From Lingula anatina (lineage: Eukaryota; Animalia; Brachiopoda), in the NCBI GenBank assembly GCA_051362555.1, contig CM120641.1:34912401-34976400 (forward strand): DNA of 64,000 nucleotides, in the 5' to 3' direction. Below the pieces are notes generated by a model that was given only the letters and a program-made list of their open reading frames with translations, did no database searches and was not told where the DNA came from. How positions within the stretch are numbered: the stretch's first letter is position 1; each line of letters starts with the position of its first letter. Positions 41,501-49,200 of the stretch are shown piece after piece. A program made the translations under genes and the position numbers.

Positions 41501-43868
41501 TTACAGTGAATTTATAATGTGCCATACTGTTGTGGTTCATATGCAATAATATGTAATCAATATTGTAATGAGAAATGGGTAATCAATTTACCAATCATTA
41601 TTTTTAAATAATATTTTTAAGAATGGAAAACATAAAATTGCATCTTTCAATCAGAGGCCCCTACCTTTGTTGGCTGTGTATTAAGTAATGGTGGACTCCA
41701 TGGAACAGGAGCCACACAGAGTTTGGCTGGTATACAGCAGGCAGAAAATAACTATGCACAAAGATGTATCTCAGAATGCAAACAAAATGGCTATGCATTA
41801 GCTGGTATGTATGGAAATTTGCAATTCAAATTGACTTCAACTAATACCTAATTGGCTTATAACATCATATCACCATATGTAACAGACATCATGTTTCAGG
41901 CATATTGAGAATATGTGCCCACTGCAAATTCCCTATACCATGTGTCTTAAAAGAACTTTGCCAATTTGTAGAGTATTTATTAAAATTTAATAATGAATAA
42001 ATAAAAGAACAACAAAATTTAAAGATTTGATTTACAATACCCATTTATATTGTTTGATGATGATGATCATATAGTAGTGAAAAGGGTTATAGTGCCAAAT
42101 GAATAAATATAATTTTAAAAAAATTAAATAGAGAAAAATCCACACAAAGAATCTCTGTACTTAAAGGATTAAGTGAGGGAAGTACCTGTCAGTGTGGACA
42201 GACATACAGCACCGGTAAAATTGTGGATACAGCAACCTGCAACTTACCATGCTCTGGTGGTGACACAACACAGTGGTGTGGGGGAACTGGCAAGACAGCA
42301 GTGTACAGAACAGGTACGGTAATTACTAATTACTCAATCTTCTCAATGGGGGAAAATTGTGAATTTTATAGATAATTTTTTTTAGTCATATTTTCGTATA
42401 AAATAAAAACATTCCTACTGAGTCATTACAACAGATTTAAAAGCGTGTTTCTTAATATTCTATTCTATGCAGTAAAAGCACCACAAATGATGTATAGAAA
42501 TGTTATTTTGTGATTATGGAATTAGATATCTGAAAGTTTGATAATTTTTGCCCATTGAAAAGTCTAATTATCACAACCTTTGTTCATTGTATCTCTCAAA
42601 TACCAACACTACATGTGCATACATGTAAGCCAATTCATGGTAGACGTAAGAGAAAAATACCTGCAAGTTACCTTGGGTTTTTTCTAATTATTCTGCTTCA
42701 TTAACCTGATCTGCACTTTTACCACACAAGACCTTGCAAAATGCAGCTTAAAACACCTCAGGAATTGGCCAGGAAAATACATTTTAACTAATTAAAATAT
42801 CTCAAGAAAGTGCCAGTACTTTCATTAATGATAGATTATAGAACTTGACCAAAGTTTTGCCAAACCTTATAACCTCCCTGTTAATTAAAAACAAAAACAA
42901 AAAAACAAAAGCATTGTTTGGTAGTTAAGAAGTTAGACAAAGATGGTTTAGTCATGGGATAATACAAGCAATATTAAAATATATAATAATATATCACCTT
43001 GTGCTTCAGACACTTTTTGCCCAATGTTGCCAGTAGGATCAACAGCAACTGTAAACACCACCCAGCGACTGGCAGGAACTGTGGTTGAATTCATTTGCAA
43101 TAGTGGCCATTTTCTAGCTGGCGGTGCAATTTCCGGTCAGACTTATAATTGCCTTCCATCTGGGCACTGGACTCCAACAGTCCAGTCTTGTATAGGTACG
43201 TATGCCCAGGGTATGCCTACTTAGCAGTATTTTCTGCTTATCAAACCACTACAAGTTTTCTTTTCTATTAAAATACAATAATTACTTCACTAGAATTAAT
43301 CTTTCTATTAAAGTGATAATAACTCTTCGTTTCGGCCAAAAAATTAATTTTCCTGAAGTAAACAACAATTTTCCCACACTTACCAATGGTTAATGAATCC
43401 ATTTTTACATTCAAAGTTAGTCCCTGGTTTTTTTCTAAAAAGTTTGTTTTTTTGTTAAAATCTCTTAAGAGATTTTAACAGAGTATAGCCATCAATGGAG
43501 GTCACGTGGTCTAAAGACAAGCTCAGATATCAGAATAATAGCTATAACAGCCGTTTTTGTGGGAAAACAGAATATATTATATTTTTATGAGTCACTCACA
43601 ATGTTTTTATTGTGAAATACAGATTTCATACGAAGAGTTATTATCCCTTTAATTTGACCAACATTTCATTTAGTCAAGACGACATTTTTGTAAAAACAAA
43701 ATTATTTCAATTACATAATGTTTATTTTAATAGATATTTATATACAGACACTGCATGTGTCTGTATTTATTCTGATCACTGTTTTTGTCTGTGCTGATTG
43801 CATCTGACTCATCTGTTTTTTACCCTTTGACTGACAAACCATATCGTTTTTTAACAGATATTTACTGA
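2379..43868 (+). CDS. Giant secreted MAM / F-type lectin / Sushi / C-type lectin / WSC / F5-8C mosaic protein (48 exons, about 2688 aa)
   Basis: Hand-spliced GT-AG exons: 2379-2478, 5691-5866, 6251-6487, 10513-10606, 12562-12746, 15431-15670, 16518-16608, 17258-17430, 18222-18461, 19777-19867, 21836-22002, 22467-22697, 23314-23407, 23751-23950, 24512-24739, 24896-24980, 25289-25464, 25994-26221, 26466-26556, 27301-27494, 28151-28390, 28616-28697, 29441-29650, 29949-30188, 31183-31370, 31573-31821, 32280-32373, 33060-33241, 33500-33739, 33918-34008, 34329-34508, 34714-34884, 35145-35558, 35858-36115, 36410-36532, 37010-37097, 37365-37468, 37697-37803, 38281-38431, 38963-39106, 39289-39423, 40054-40236, 40561-40746, 41234-41425, 41655-41804, 42167-42313, 43010-43195, 43858-43868. 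The sum is 8067 nt, in frame across every junction. First and last exons are the least certain. Confidence 0.88.
4180..4675 (-). mobile_element. Degenerate non-LTR (LINE, RTE-like) reverse transcriptase fragment
   Basis: Minus-strand motifs in order, with frameshifts: VFIDYSKAFDNV, GVRQGCILS..LFNVY, RFADDTVLL, MNANKTKSM. Confidence 0.88.
5410..5647. mobile_element. Fold-back MITE (long imperfect TIRs)
   Basis: GCTTATTCCTAATGAATCTAGCGGTCT...AGACCGATAGATTCATTGGGAATAAGC, with an inner arm GCTGAATGCAATCAG / CTGATTGCATTCAGC. Confidence 0.8.
5691..10606 (+). CDS. MAM domain 1 (3 exons)
   Basis: TCDFETDIC...[32 protein letters not shown] / FETPLL...QFWYH / GDGAFDDIVITQEEC: canonical MAM motifs (CdFe, TGPxxDHT, GyYxY, FWYH, DDI). 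Confidence 0.9.
6574..7448. mobile_element. Non-autonomous DNA transposon (PIF/Harbinger-like MITE)
   Basis: TIRs GGCCCCGTATCTCGAAAGCT / AGCTTTCGAGATACGGGGCC extend imperfectly for about 60 bp. AT-rich non-coding interior, CTG-like flanks. Confidence 0.8.
7468..8059. mobile_element. GC-rich non-autonomous DNA transposon (Harbinger/ISL2EU-like)
   Basis: Ends TGGCCAGTCACAA / TTGTGACTGGGCCA. Internal short repeats (TCGCAAGATT, CTCCGAT, ATCGGAGG). Confidence 0.7.
8785..9238 (+). repeat. Interspersed repeat, left arm of a long inverted pair
   Basis: About 450 bp that is reverse-complementary to 10781-11258, e.g. CCTTTCTATTTTGAGGTGAGATAG / CTATCTCACCTCAAAATAGAAAGG and GACTTTTAAGAAAAATCGCT / AGCGATTTTTCTTAAAAGTC. 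Confidence 0.88.
9300..9960 (+). mobile_element. Decayed Tc1-like transposase relic
   Basis: Plus-strand remnants SVIVWG..GYYGV, FMFQHDNDTP and CPAQSLHQNFIEYV (cf. WPxQSPDLNPIE), broken by stops and frameshifts. Confidence 0.72.
10781..11258 (-). repeat. Interspersed repeat, right arm of the long inverted pair
   Basis: Reverse-complement copy of 8785-9238 with indels. Confidence 0.88.
12562..16608 (+). CDS. MAM domain 2 (3 exons)
   Basis: SCNFDSGSCG...TGPSSDHTSGSGYYYYAE / RLLTP...FWYHAYG / FVFEVTRG...YAIDDVTVTEDC. Confidence 0.92.
12895..14285. mobile_element. HINE/Helentron-like non-autonomous element with microsatellite and internal tandem repeats (copy 1)
   Basis: Head ACAGATGTGTCTGTACATATTGCCATCACC, a (GCCGAT)n tract, three ~162-bp units containing CAGGTCAAGTTCGAAAATCAGCATGATCGGG, then a duplicated ~390-bp block. 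Family assignment is from architecture only. Confidence 0.7.
14515..15285. mobile_element. HINE/Helentron-like element (copy 2)
   Basis: Same head, GCC-rich microsatellite and three internal units as 12895-13680. Confidence 0.7.
15800..16140. repeat. Low-complexity TTTGCAGCAAA-type repeat array
   Basis: Dense degenerate repeats of (AA)TTTGC(A/T)GCAAA. Confidence 0.75.
16238..16357. mobile_element. Short fold-back MITE remnant
   Basis: GGGGCCATTCA...TGAATAGACCC. Shares GCTGAATGCAATCA with the 5410 element. Confidence 0.5.
17258..19867 (+). CDS. MAM domain 3 (3 exons)
   Basis: WNCSFDADKCG...TGASADHTSGSGHYMYIE / ARLATP...FWYHAYG / VVFEASRG...YCLDDISITAGRC. Confidence 0.92.
19245..19488. mobile_element. 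MITE, truncated copy of the 56218-56510 family
   Basis: Shares AGAG(T/C)GCATTCAGAAC, ATGGACTAACT and GTGGAGGCGGGGAGACCA with 56218-56510. Confidence 0.72.
19970..21663. mobile_element. Possible degenerate DNA transposon with GC-rich subterminal repeat arrays at both ends
   Basis: Arrays of GGAGTACTCC / TGTTGCCGGAG at about 19985-20245 and 21420-21640 bracket an AT-rich interior. The right end is TTGTCGGTAAGGG. TIR and TSD not resolved. Confidence 0.45.
21836..23407 (+). CDS. MAM domain 4 (3 exons)
   Basis: FNCDFEQDECG...TGPSGDHTTGSGYYMYME / LETPLF...LWYHAFG / DIAIDDISISQADC. Confidence 0.92.
23751..24980 (+). CDS. MAM domain 5 (3 exons)
   Basis: QCTFDDGTCQ...TGPSQDHTSGIGYYYYV / ARLLSP...FWYNADG / IVFE...YAIDDVTL. 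Confidence 0.92.
25289..26556 (+). CDS. MAM domain 6 (3 exons)
   Basis: TCNFDTNDCG...TGPSSDHSGSGSYFYID / FETPRI...YWYHGYG / YAVDDISITQTDC. Confidence 0.92.
27301..28697 (+). CDS. MAM domain 7 (3 exons)
   Basis: SCTFEDGVCG...TGPSGDFT...GYFIYLE / ARVRTP...FWYHAFG / IVFEAQRG...YAIDDVNI. Confidence 0.92.
29441..30188 (+). CDS. F-type lectin (fucolectin/FTP) domain (2 exons)
   Basis: ENLAFGKEA...ALDGN...SCWES...DPWFVVDL...VTITGRGDCC|NDRLHDF...C...GRYVSIQ...MNLCEIQV is the typical fucolectin-tachylectin-4 pentraxin-1 pattern. Confidence 0.9.
30217..30974. mobile_element. Young non-autonomous PIF/Harbinger-type element, TTA target-site duplication
   Basis: Near-perfect ~33-bp TIRs GGCCACACTTTTTT(T)ATTTTTATGGATGACATCCT / AGGATGTCATCCATAAAAATAAAAAAGTGTGGCC, flanked by TTA on both sides. 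Confidence 0.9.
31183..32373 (+). CDS. MAM domain 8 (3 exons)
   Basis: SCDFENSTICNF...FDWTLKSGSTPTASTGPSADP...GHYLYIE / LETPDL...FWAHIYG / GDIAIDGIRV. Confidence 0.92.
32617..32774. mobile_element. Small MULE-like MITE with subterminal repeats
   Basis: GGGG...CCCC ends, inverted TAGTCCGAAGG / TTCGGACCA repeats, and direct flanking TGTATATG (8-9 bp TSD). Confidence 0.72.
33060..34008 (+). CDS. MAM domain 9 (3 exons)
   Basis: SFQFDSDNCG...TGPQADRTG..GFYYLLE / ARIRSP...FEYHAFG / VIFEG...IAIDDITITNAAC. Confidence 0.9.
34175..34242. repeat. (TA)n microsatellite
   Basis: Pure AT dinucleotide run. Confidence 0.95.
34329..34884 (+). CDS. Two Sushi/CCP domains (one exon each)
   Basis: CTPPPNG...VQYTCDAGY...TCGVTGQW...LEC and CNDPG...VTYGCFQGY...TCQANFTWDGYPPTC: 4-Cys CCP pattern with conserved Trp. 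Confidence 0.9.
35145..35558 (+). CDS. C-type lectin-like domain (single exon)
   Basis: QCTSPW..YWGNCF...EARRKCLEVGGYIA...WLVGLHD...NEPS...SFICQK. Confidence 0.85.
35664..35720. repeat. (CA)n microsatellite
   Basis: Pure AC run. Confidence 0.95.
35858..36115 (+). CDS. WSC domain 1
   Basis: YLGCY...MSALQCIEYC...HCYC...CEQTCTGNSLENCGG: 8-Cys WSC pattern. Confidence 0.88.
36410..36532 (+). CDS. Fibrinogen-C/COLFI N-terminal subdomain-like mini-module
   Basis: LTCESLKSQGVVLPGKYWIRPDGKEVSLRVECFM matches C-x-l-x-G-x-Y-x-I-x-PDG...V-x-C-x-M. Phase 1-1 exon. Confidence 0.75.
36711..36966. mobile_element. Fold-back MITE related to the 5410 element
   Basis: Inner arms GTGCAATCAGCTTAACTGA / TCAGTTAAGCTGATTGCAC and CATACACAC / GTGTGTATG. 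Shares GAGGAGGC(A/G)TGT with 5410-5647. Confidence 0.75.
37010..38431 (+). CDS. F5/8 type C (discoidin) domain (4 exons)
   Basis: C...GAWAP...PWVKLTF..RRIVTGIITQGG...WITRYRVSY..KGW...LSGNTD...PPFIADAISI...WNGRPELRLEVLGC. Confidence 0.9.
37118..37152. repeat. (CA)n microsatellite
   Basis: Pure CA run. Confidence 0.9.
37965..38179. mobile_element. Fold-back MITE (same family as 46466-46665)
   Basis: TAGATCGACCT / AGGTCGATCTA arms and TAA flanks. The interior is near-identical to 46466-46665. Confidence 0.82.
38529..38588. repeat. (TA)n microsatellite
   Basis: Pure TA run. Confidence 0.95.
38963..39423 (+). CDS. WSC domain 2 (2 exons)
   Basis: YVGCYIE...DECINNCR...YAGISVG|NCSCSN...CQQRCSGNTNQYCG...SVYR. 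Confidence 0.88.
40054..41425 (+). CDS. Three Sushi/CCP domains (one exon each)
   Basis: CPPIP..GSVVGYQCDTGY..C..AQW..TPPDC; CTTSPP..GSRVNYTCYNGY..TCQADGTW..C; CGSRP..ISYHCNPGY..TCSLEAQW..NC. Confidence 0.9.
41655..42313 (+). CDS. WSC domain 3 (2 exons)
   Basis: FVGCV...QRCISECKQNGYALAG|LSEGSTCQCG...CNLPCSGG..QWCGG..AVYR. Confidence 0.86.
43010..43868 (+). CDS. Final Sushi domain plus 11-nt terminal coding exon (..DIY*)
   Basis: FCPMLP..GTVVEFICNSGH..CLPSGHW..VQSC, then a phase-1 donor. An acceptor ttttttaacag|ATATTTACTGA gives D-I-Y-stop at 43868. The terminal exon choice is inferred. Confidence 0.7.
43312..43648. mobile_element. Kolobok-like MITE, TTAA TSD
   Basis: TTAA|AGTGATAATAACTCTTCG...CGAAGAGTTATTATCCCT|TTAA. 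Homologous to 53356-53680. Confidence 0.82.
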
Positions 43869-46201
43869 ATGACTTTGTTTGGTAAAAAGGCAGGTTCCTT
43901 TGTAGCATTATTTTATAAAAATAGATTTTTCCTTTTTACATGTATTTTGGCAACCTTTGCCCCTTTAGTACAAAATGAATTATTATTATTTTTTTTTTTG
44001 TAAAGAGGTAGGTTTCTTTTGAATATCTATGTGATAGGGTTATATTTTACAAAATTTACTGTTACTGGAATATACTTGTTTATGTTAAAATGGAGTGATA
44101 GAAATTGCATCTTTTCTGTTGAGTGTCTGTATATTTGCCAGCCTTGCTGTCTAGTTAATTTTCTTTACTTAAATAAGAAACCCAATGATCCTATTTTCAA
44201 ACCACATATTTTTAATCACTAGAACACCAAATTTAACATCATAAGCAGAGTTAAAAGGGAAATTATAGACCTATTATAATTTTTTTCCATTGATCATATC
44301 TATTGAGATTTGTAAATGTCACAGTCAAAACAAACTAAGACTAAGACAGTCAGATACCCAGAACTAAAAGGTAAGCCATCTGTTAAGTGCTATTTAGTTT
44401 TGAGTGTCTTTATGTCAAGGTGTGTATTACATGCTTCAAAGAGGCAATTCAGAGACATGCAGTAGGAAAGGTGAGTGCTTTAGTGTGATCCTTTCTTCAG
44501 TTTGTCTTGAATGGTGGATTTATGAATTGTCATAGGGTGAGGGTGTAGGTAAAATGAATGTGAGAAAAAGATCGGAATTCCAGACTCAATGAGCGTGTGA
44601 TGTGGGTGACTTTGAAGACCATTGCAATTGGTAATGATGTATGACGGTTGTAAAATGGTTGATTTGTCTCTGAAGTGTATCATGCGAAGTTAGTACGCAT
44701 ATAGATATTGGCATTGTTATTGAATGAAAGTTTGGTGCTGTTAAATATGGCATGGTGTTACTGCATGTTTGAATGGAAATTGTTCTTGCTTGAAAAATGT
44801 GATGGAGTGAGGATGGGCAGTGTGCCTTTTAGGAAAAGCATATGCTGATATGAAATGCAATGGTGTGTAAGACATAAGTTGCATGTCTTTCTTCTTTAAT
44901 AAAAAAAAAAATGAGCTCTGGTTATAAAATATCTGCAGACATAGCAATCAACTTATGTGCAGATTAGTACCAAAGGATTTTCAAAATTATCAAAATAATG
45001 TGATAATATAGGGAGGATTAACGGTTTTAAGTCAATAATTGCATATCAACCATGTTGGGAAAGTGGAAACTTTTCATTTTTATCTCTAGGGCAACTATCA
45101 ATATTTTTTAGTGATTGGATAGGTGTTGAAAAAACTACGGAACAGTATCTCAAATTTTTTGAAGGTGGGTTCTGATTTAATCGGCAAAATTATGAATTAT
45201 TAGCCTTTTCCTCAATGATTTCCCAGTCTCCTGGGGGAAGAACTTTGTAGCAAAAGGTCTATTCAAATTTTTTCAATACCAATTTGTTTGTAACATGTTC
45301 CCTTGCAATTACATCGATGGTTTACTAATCACAATTGATACTGATGGTGATTCCTTCCCAAACAAAGAAAGTGCCTCAAAGGCCAATAAGCTCCTTAGTG
45401 AAATTATTAAGCTAGGTGAGACTAGCTACTCAGCCTGTTCAAACTTCATATCTCTCTTATTTGTTCAAGGTACAACTAACCAGGCAATAAGCATGACATT
45501 CGCAAAAGCAAAATGCATTTTCATCCAAATATGTCTCTTAACAATGACTTTCTACACTGCTTTCTTTTTCTGTTAAATATGATACCCTTAATGTAAAATA
45601 AAGTCACACACACCTGTGTAAATAGGATTGATATTTTGGATTTATTCTTTTGTATAAAAGCTACAAACAGATATTAAATGTAGCATAAAGGGAAACTGGA
45701 CTGAAATATCAGACAGCTTGATCCAAATCTGGCATTATGCTTTCAATAGAAAAAGTGTACCTAAGCTGAGGAAAATGCAAGATCTGACTTTGATTTCCAG
45801 GTGCTATGTACCACAAAATGACACTTTGAAAATATCTGGAATTTATTTCTTATATTGTACATCATAAACAAAATTGATTGACCAATTAAACTATTTTATT
45901 CAATTGAAGATCTTTATATTTATTGACCTGATTGTAGTAATTCTGCCATCTTTCCAACGTATGTATACATTGAAACCAATTCATTTTCAGACCTCAACAA
46001 AGATTTTTATATGATGAACCTTTATCTTCCAAGTTTCAGTTCAAATTGTGTGAAAAAAAATCCCGTGGAACTCTGTTTTAACATGTTCATATTTCAATGT
46101 TTCTATTACTCAGCTTTTGGGATATTTTCCCTCATATGTTCTTGTGAATATGTATCCAAGTAAAAATTGTGTGCTGGTGGAAGTAATGGTTGACACCCTT
46201 A

Positions 46202-49200
46202 TCAAGATGGATGACATCCCCGAAGAACATTGAACAATTTTAACAAACTTCCAATGGACAGTCCAGTTTGCTTATATTCTGAATAGAACTGTGGAAATTC
46301 CTGGAGCGCTGGAAATATAAGTAACCATGATGAAAACATCTCTTCATGAAACTTAACATTGCCAATGGATAAATCAAAAACGCATTTGTTTTCAACTAGA
46401 ATACAACTGCAGTCATTAATCTGTATAAGCAAATTACATTGTGCTAAAATAAGACAATTATCTAACACCCCATTTCCATAGATTAGATCGACCTAACTCC
46501 CTGGGGGTTCACGCTAAATAGCTGTCAGCCGGGCTGACACGAAAGTTAATTAACCCCTTACAGCTTGTAGTAGGCGGGACGGACATTTAAGTCAGATTAT
46601 CTGAAAGTAATCTAGTGAGACTCCCCGTGGGGATAGATCGATCTAAAATCTATGGGAATAGAGCCTTAATGTGCTTAAATGTTACCCTATCATTAAAAGT
46701 ACTCTGTATTGTGTTGTATTTTATTTCTCCATTACTGAATAGAAAATATAACTATGAATTTGATTTGTTCAAATACTGTATTTTGGATATAAAAGCATTA
46801 AAATGCAATTATATATCAAAAACTACAACTGCATGTTAAATGTGTTTTATTTATTTGTGATGCATTAAATTTTCAATAAGAAAGATCAATAACATGACAT
46901 AAAGAAAGTATAAGAATCTATAGCACTTGCCTTTTAAAGGCATAAAAGAGCTTGTTATACTCTAAAAATATTAATTTTCTAGGCAATTTTACCATTTTCC
47001 GGGCACAATGTATGCCTTCTTAAAATTAAAAATCTATTGCAAACAAACACACAAAGGAAAATAAGGCTAAAACTCATATATATATATATATAGACAGACC
47101 GCCTTTAACACTTTGAACCTATAAGTGACAAAATAATACAGCAACTAAAATTTTTTTGGTCTTGACAACAATTTCCAAACTTAAAGTAATCTGCAGGGTC
47201 ACAGTTTTTGAAAGAAATATTGAAATGAGAAAAATTATCCAATATGAATGGTTTTTGGAACTAACTGTATCTTAGTCCCTTGAATCCTTCTAATTAGTTT
47301 GAAACAATAAGTTCAGTAGTTTTAATAAAAATGGTTTAAATGATAACAATGCACAGAACTGGGTTTTTGTCAATTTTGATGCAATGTAGCATAAAGCTTA
47401 ACAGCACCATCACCACCAATTTTGATGTACAACTGTTAATGTGAACATTTAGAAATTTTAACTAACATGCGCACAAGTCACACGCAGAAAATTTAAAATT
47501 AACAAAAAAATTTAAAATTTACAAAAAAAAAATTAAAAAAGAAAAAAAAATCAGACTGGTTTGCACAGCTGAGCTGAATGTTAGTCCTAAAGATCATTCT
47601 TGTAAGTATTTTTCTTTTATTGTTTTAAGGAGGTAAGAGCATAGCAGTGACAAATGTAGGTAAAGGTGGTTAAATGTCCAAATACTGTGTCTGTCCATAA
47701 AAACACATGCACAGAGGGATAGGAAAGCAACCTAGGGAAATACCTTTCAAATCTTGGTTTTGGAAATATCCTGGCAGAGGGAGATCATGCCAAACCAAAA
47801 ATGTGCCCAGGAAAGTGGCATCCACAAATTCATCACACTGATGGCTGCTGAAGTACTTGGCCACTGAAGAAGGATGACCTGCAACATCATTATATTAAAT
47901 ATATTTCAATACATAAGCTACTGAAATTAAATAGGAAGACTACACAAAAACAACTGTAGTATATATTAGTTAAAGAGGCATACAAACTGAGAAAAAGTGC
48001 CCTATTATTGTTGAGATGATTTCCGAATGGTGTCTGAAACAATTTTGAAATATTTACCAACTTGTTTACATTGAAGATGTGGTATTTTTGCATCTAATAT
48101 ATTGCGTAAAGTACTTTACGTGCTCCTGAATCCATAGAACATGGGCAATTAAATTAAGTTAAAAATAAGCATCAATTAGGTAATTTTATTGGTCTGGACA
48201 GATGATGAACACCTCATGAAAAGTCAAGAGTTTAACCAAAACCATCATGTTAACAAGGTGTCAAGGACACAGAAGCCATTTCAGATAGCATTTACAATGG
48301 AGAGGCAGGAGCTAAAAAAATTGAATGTAAGTACCTTTCAACCATTCCTCAAATATCACATTTATTTTACTCTCGGCAGCCAGTAAGAATTCTGTTGCCA
48401 GCAACCTCCTCTCAGACCCAAATCTTCTGTAAAGAGCCAGAGCCAGCTTCACCTGCCAGCATTTCATGGAATCCAACCCCTGTGAAAGACTACCAATAAT
48501 CTGAAATATCAACAAAACATTACCTTCAAAAATACAATCATTAATAAAATTATATTTTAAATCAACATGTATAATTAAAAAGTGTAGTAGCATCAAATGT
48601 TGAATGTTTGTTTGTATTTTTGGACAGTTCAATGTAACTGGACTTGAGGTGTGACAAAAACTCTTCTCTGATTGCATTTACTTATTACTATAGTCCGTTT
48701 CTATAATTAGAAAGCCTTTGTAAAACGTATTTCTACCCTTTTGCTCACTTGAAGCCAGACAACAAAGATTTTGGAAGATTTACCATTCTAAGAATTTAGG
48801 CTTCCCAGAACGGTTAATCCCCAGGCTCTGATTTGGTTAGATATCAGATATTTCTTGTGAATCATGCTGAGGGACCATTACCTATTATATTTTTCATAAA
48901 CTAGCTGTTATCTTCTTTTCTGACAAACAGATAGAAGACAAATTAATTCTTGATAAATGGCAAAAACGCTTCATTAGTTTTCTGGAAAGCAACTAGCTGT
49001 CCTGGAAATTTCAGCTCAGTGTTTTAAGAGATTTCAATTTTGGTCCAGATTTTAGAAACACACACACACACGGTTGGATCCATTAAAGTTTAGGAAAAAA
49101 ATCCTATGCATAGACAGAAGACTTGATAAGATAAACAGGGGATTTACACTACTGGGCATAAGTTTTAAAACTGATCTAAAGCACATCCAGTCTTAACTTT

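Noticed and set aside
2379-43868. Naming the mosaic gene MALRD1, MAMDC4, ZAN or SVEP1
   Set aside because: It lacks LDLa, VWD, EGF, vWA and TM elements, so the architecture matches none of these and no symbol was given.
45295-45576. 93-aa + strand ORF as an extra gene or a mosaic-gene exon
   Set aside because: No domain signature, no convincing acceptor, and no downstream exon for its putative donor.
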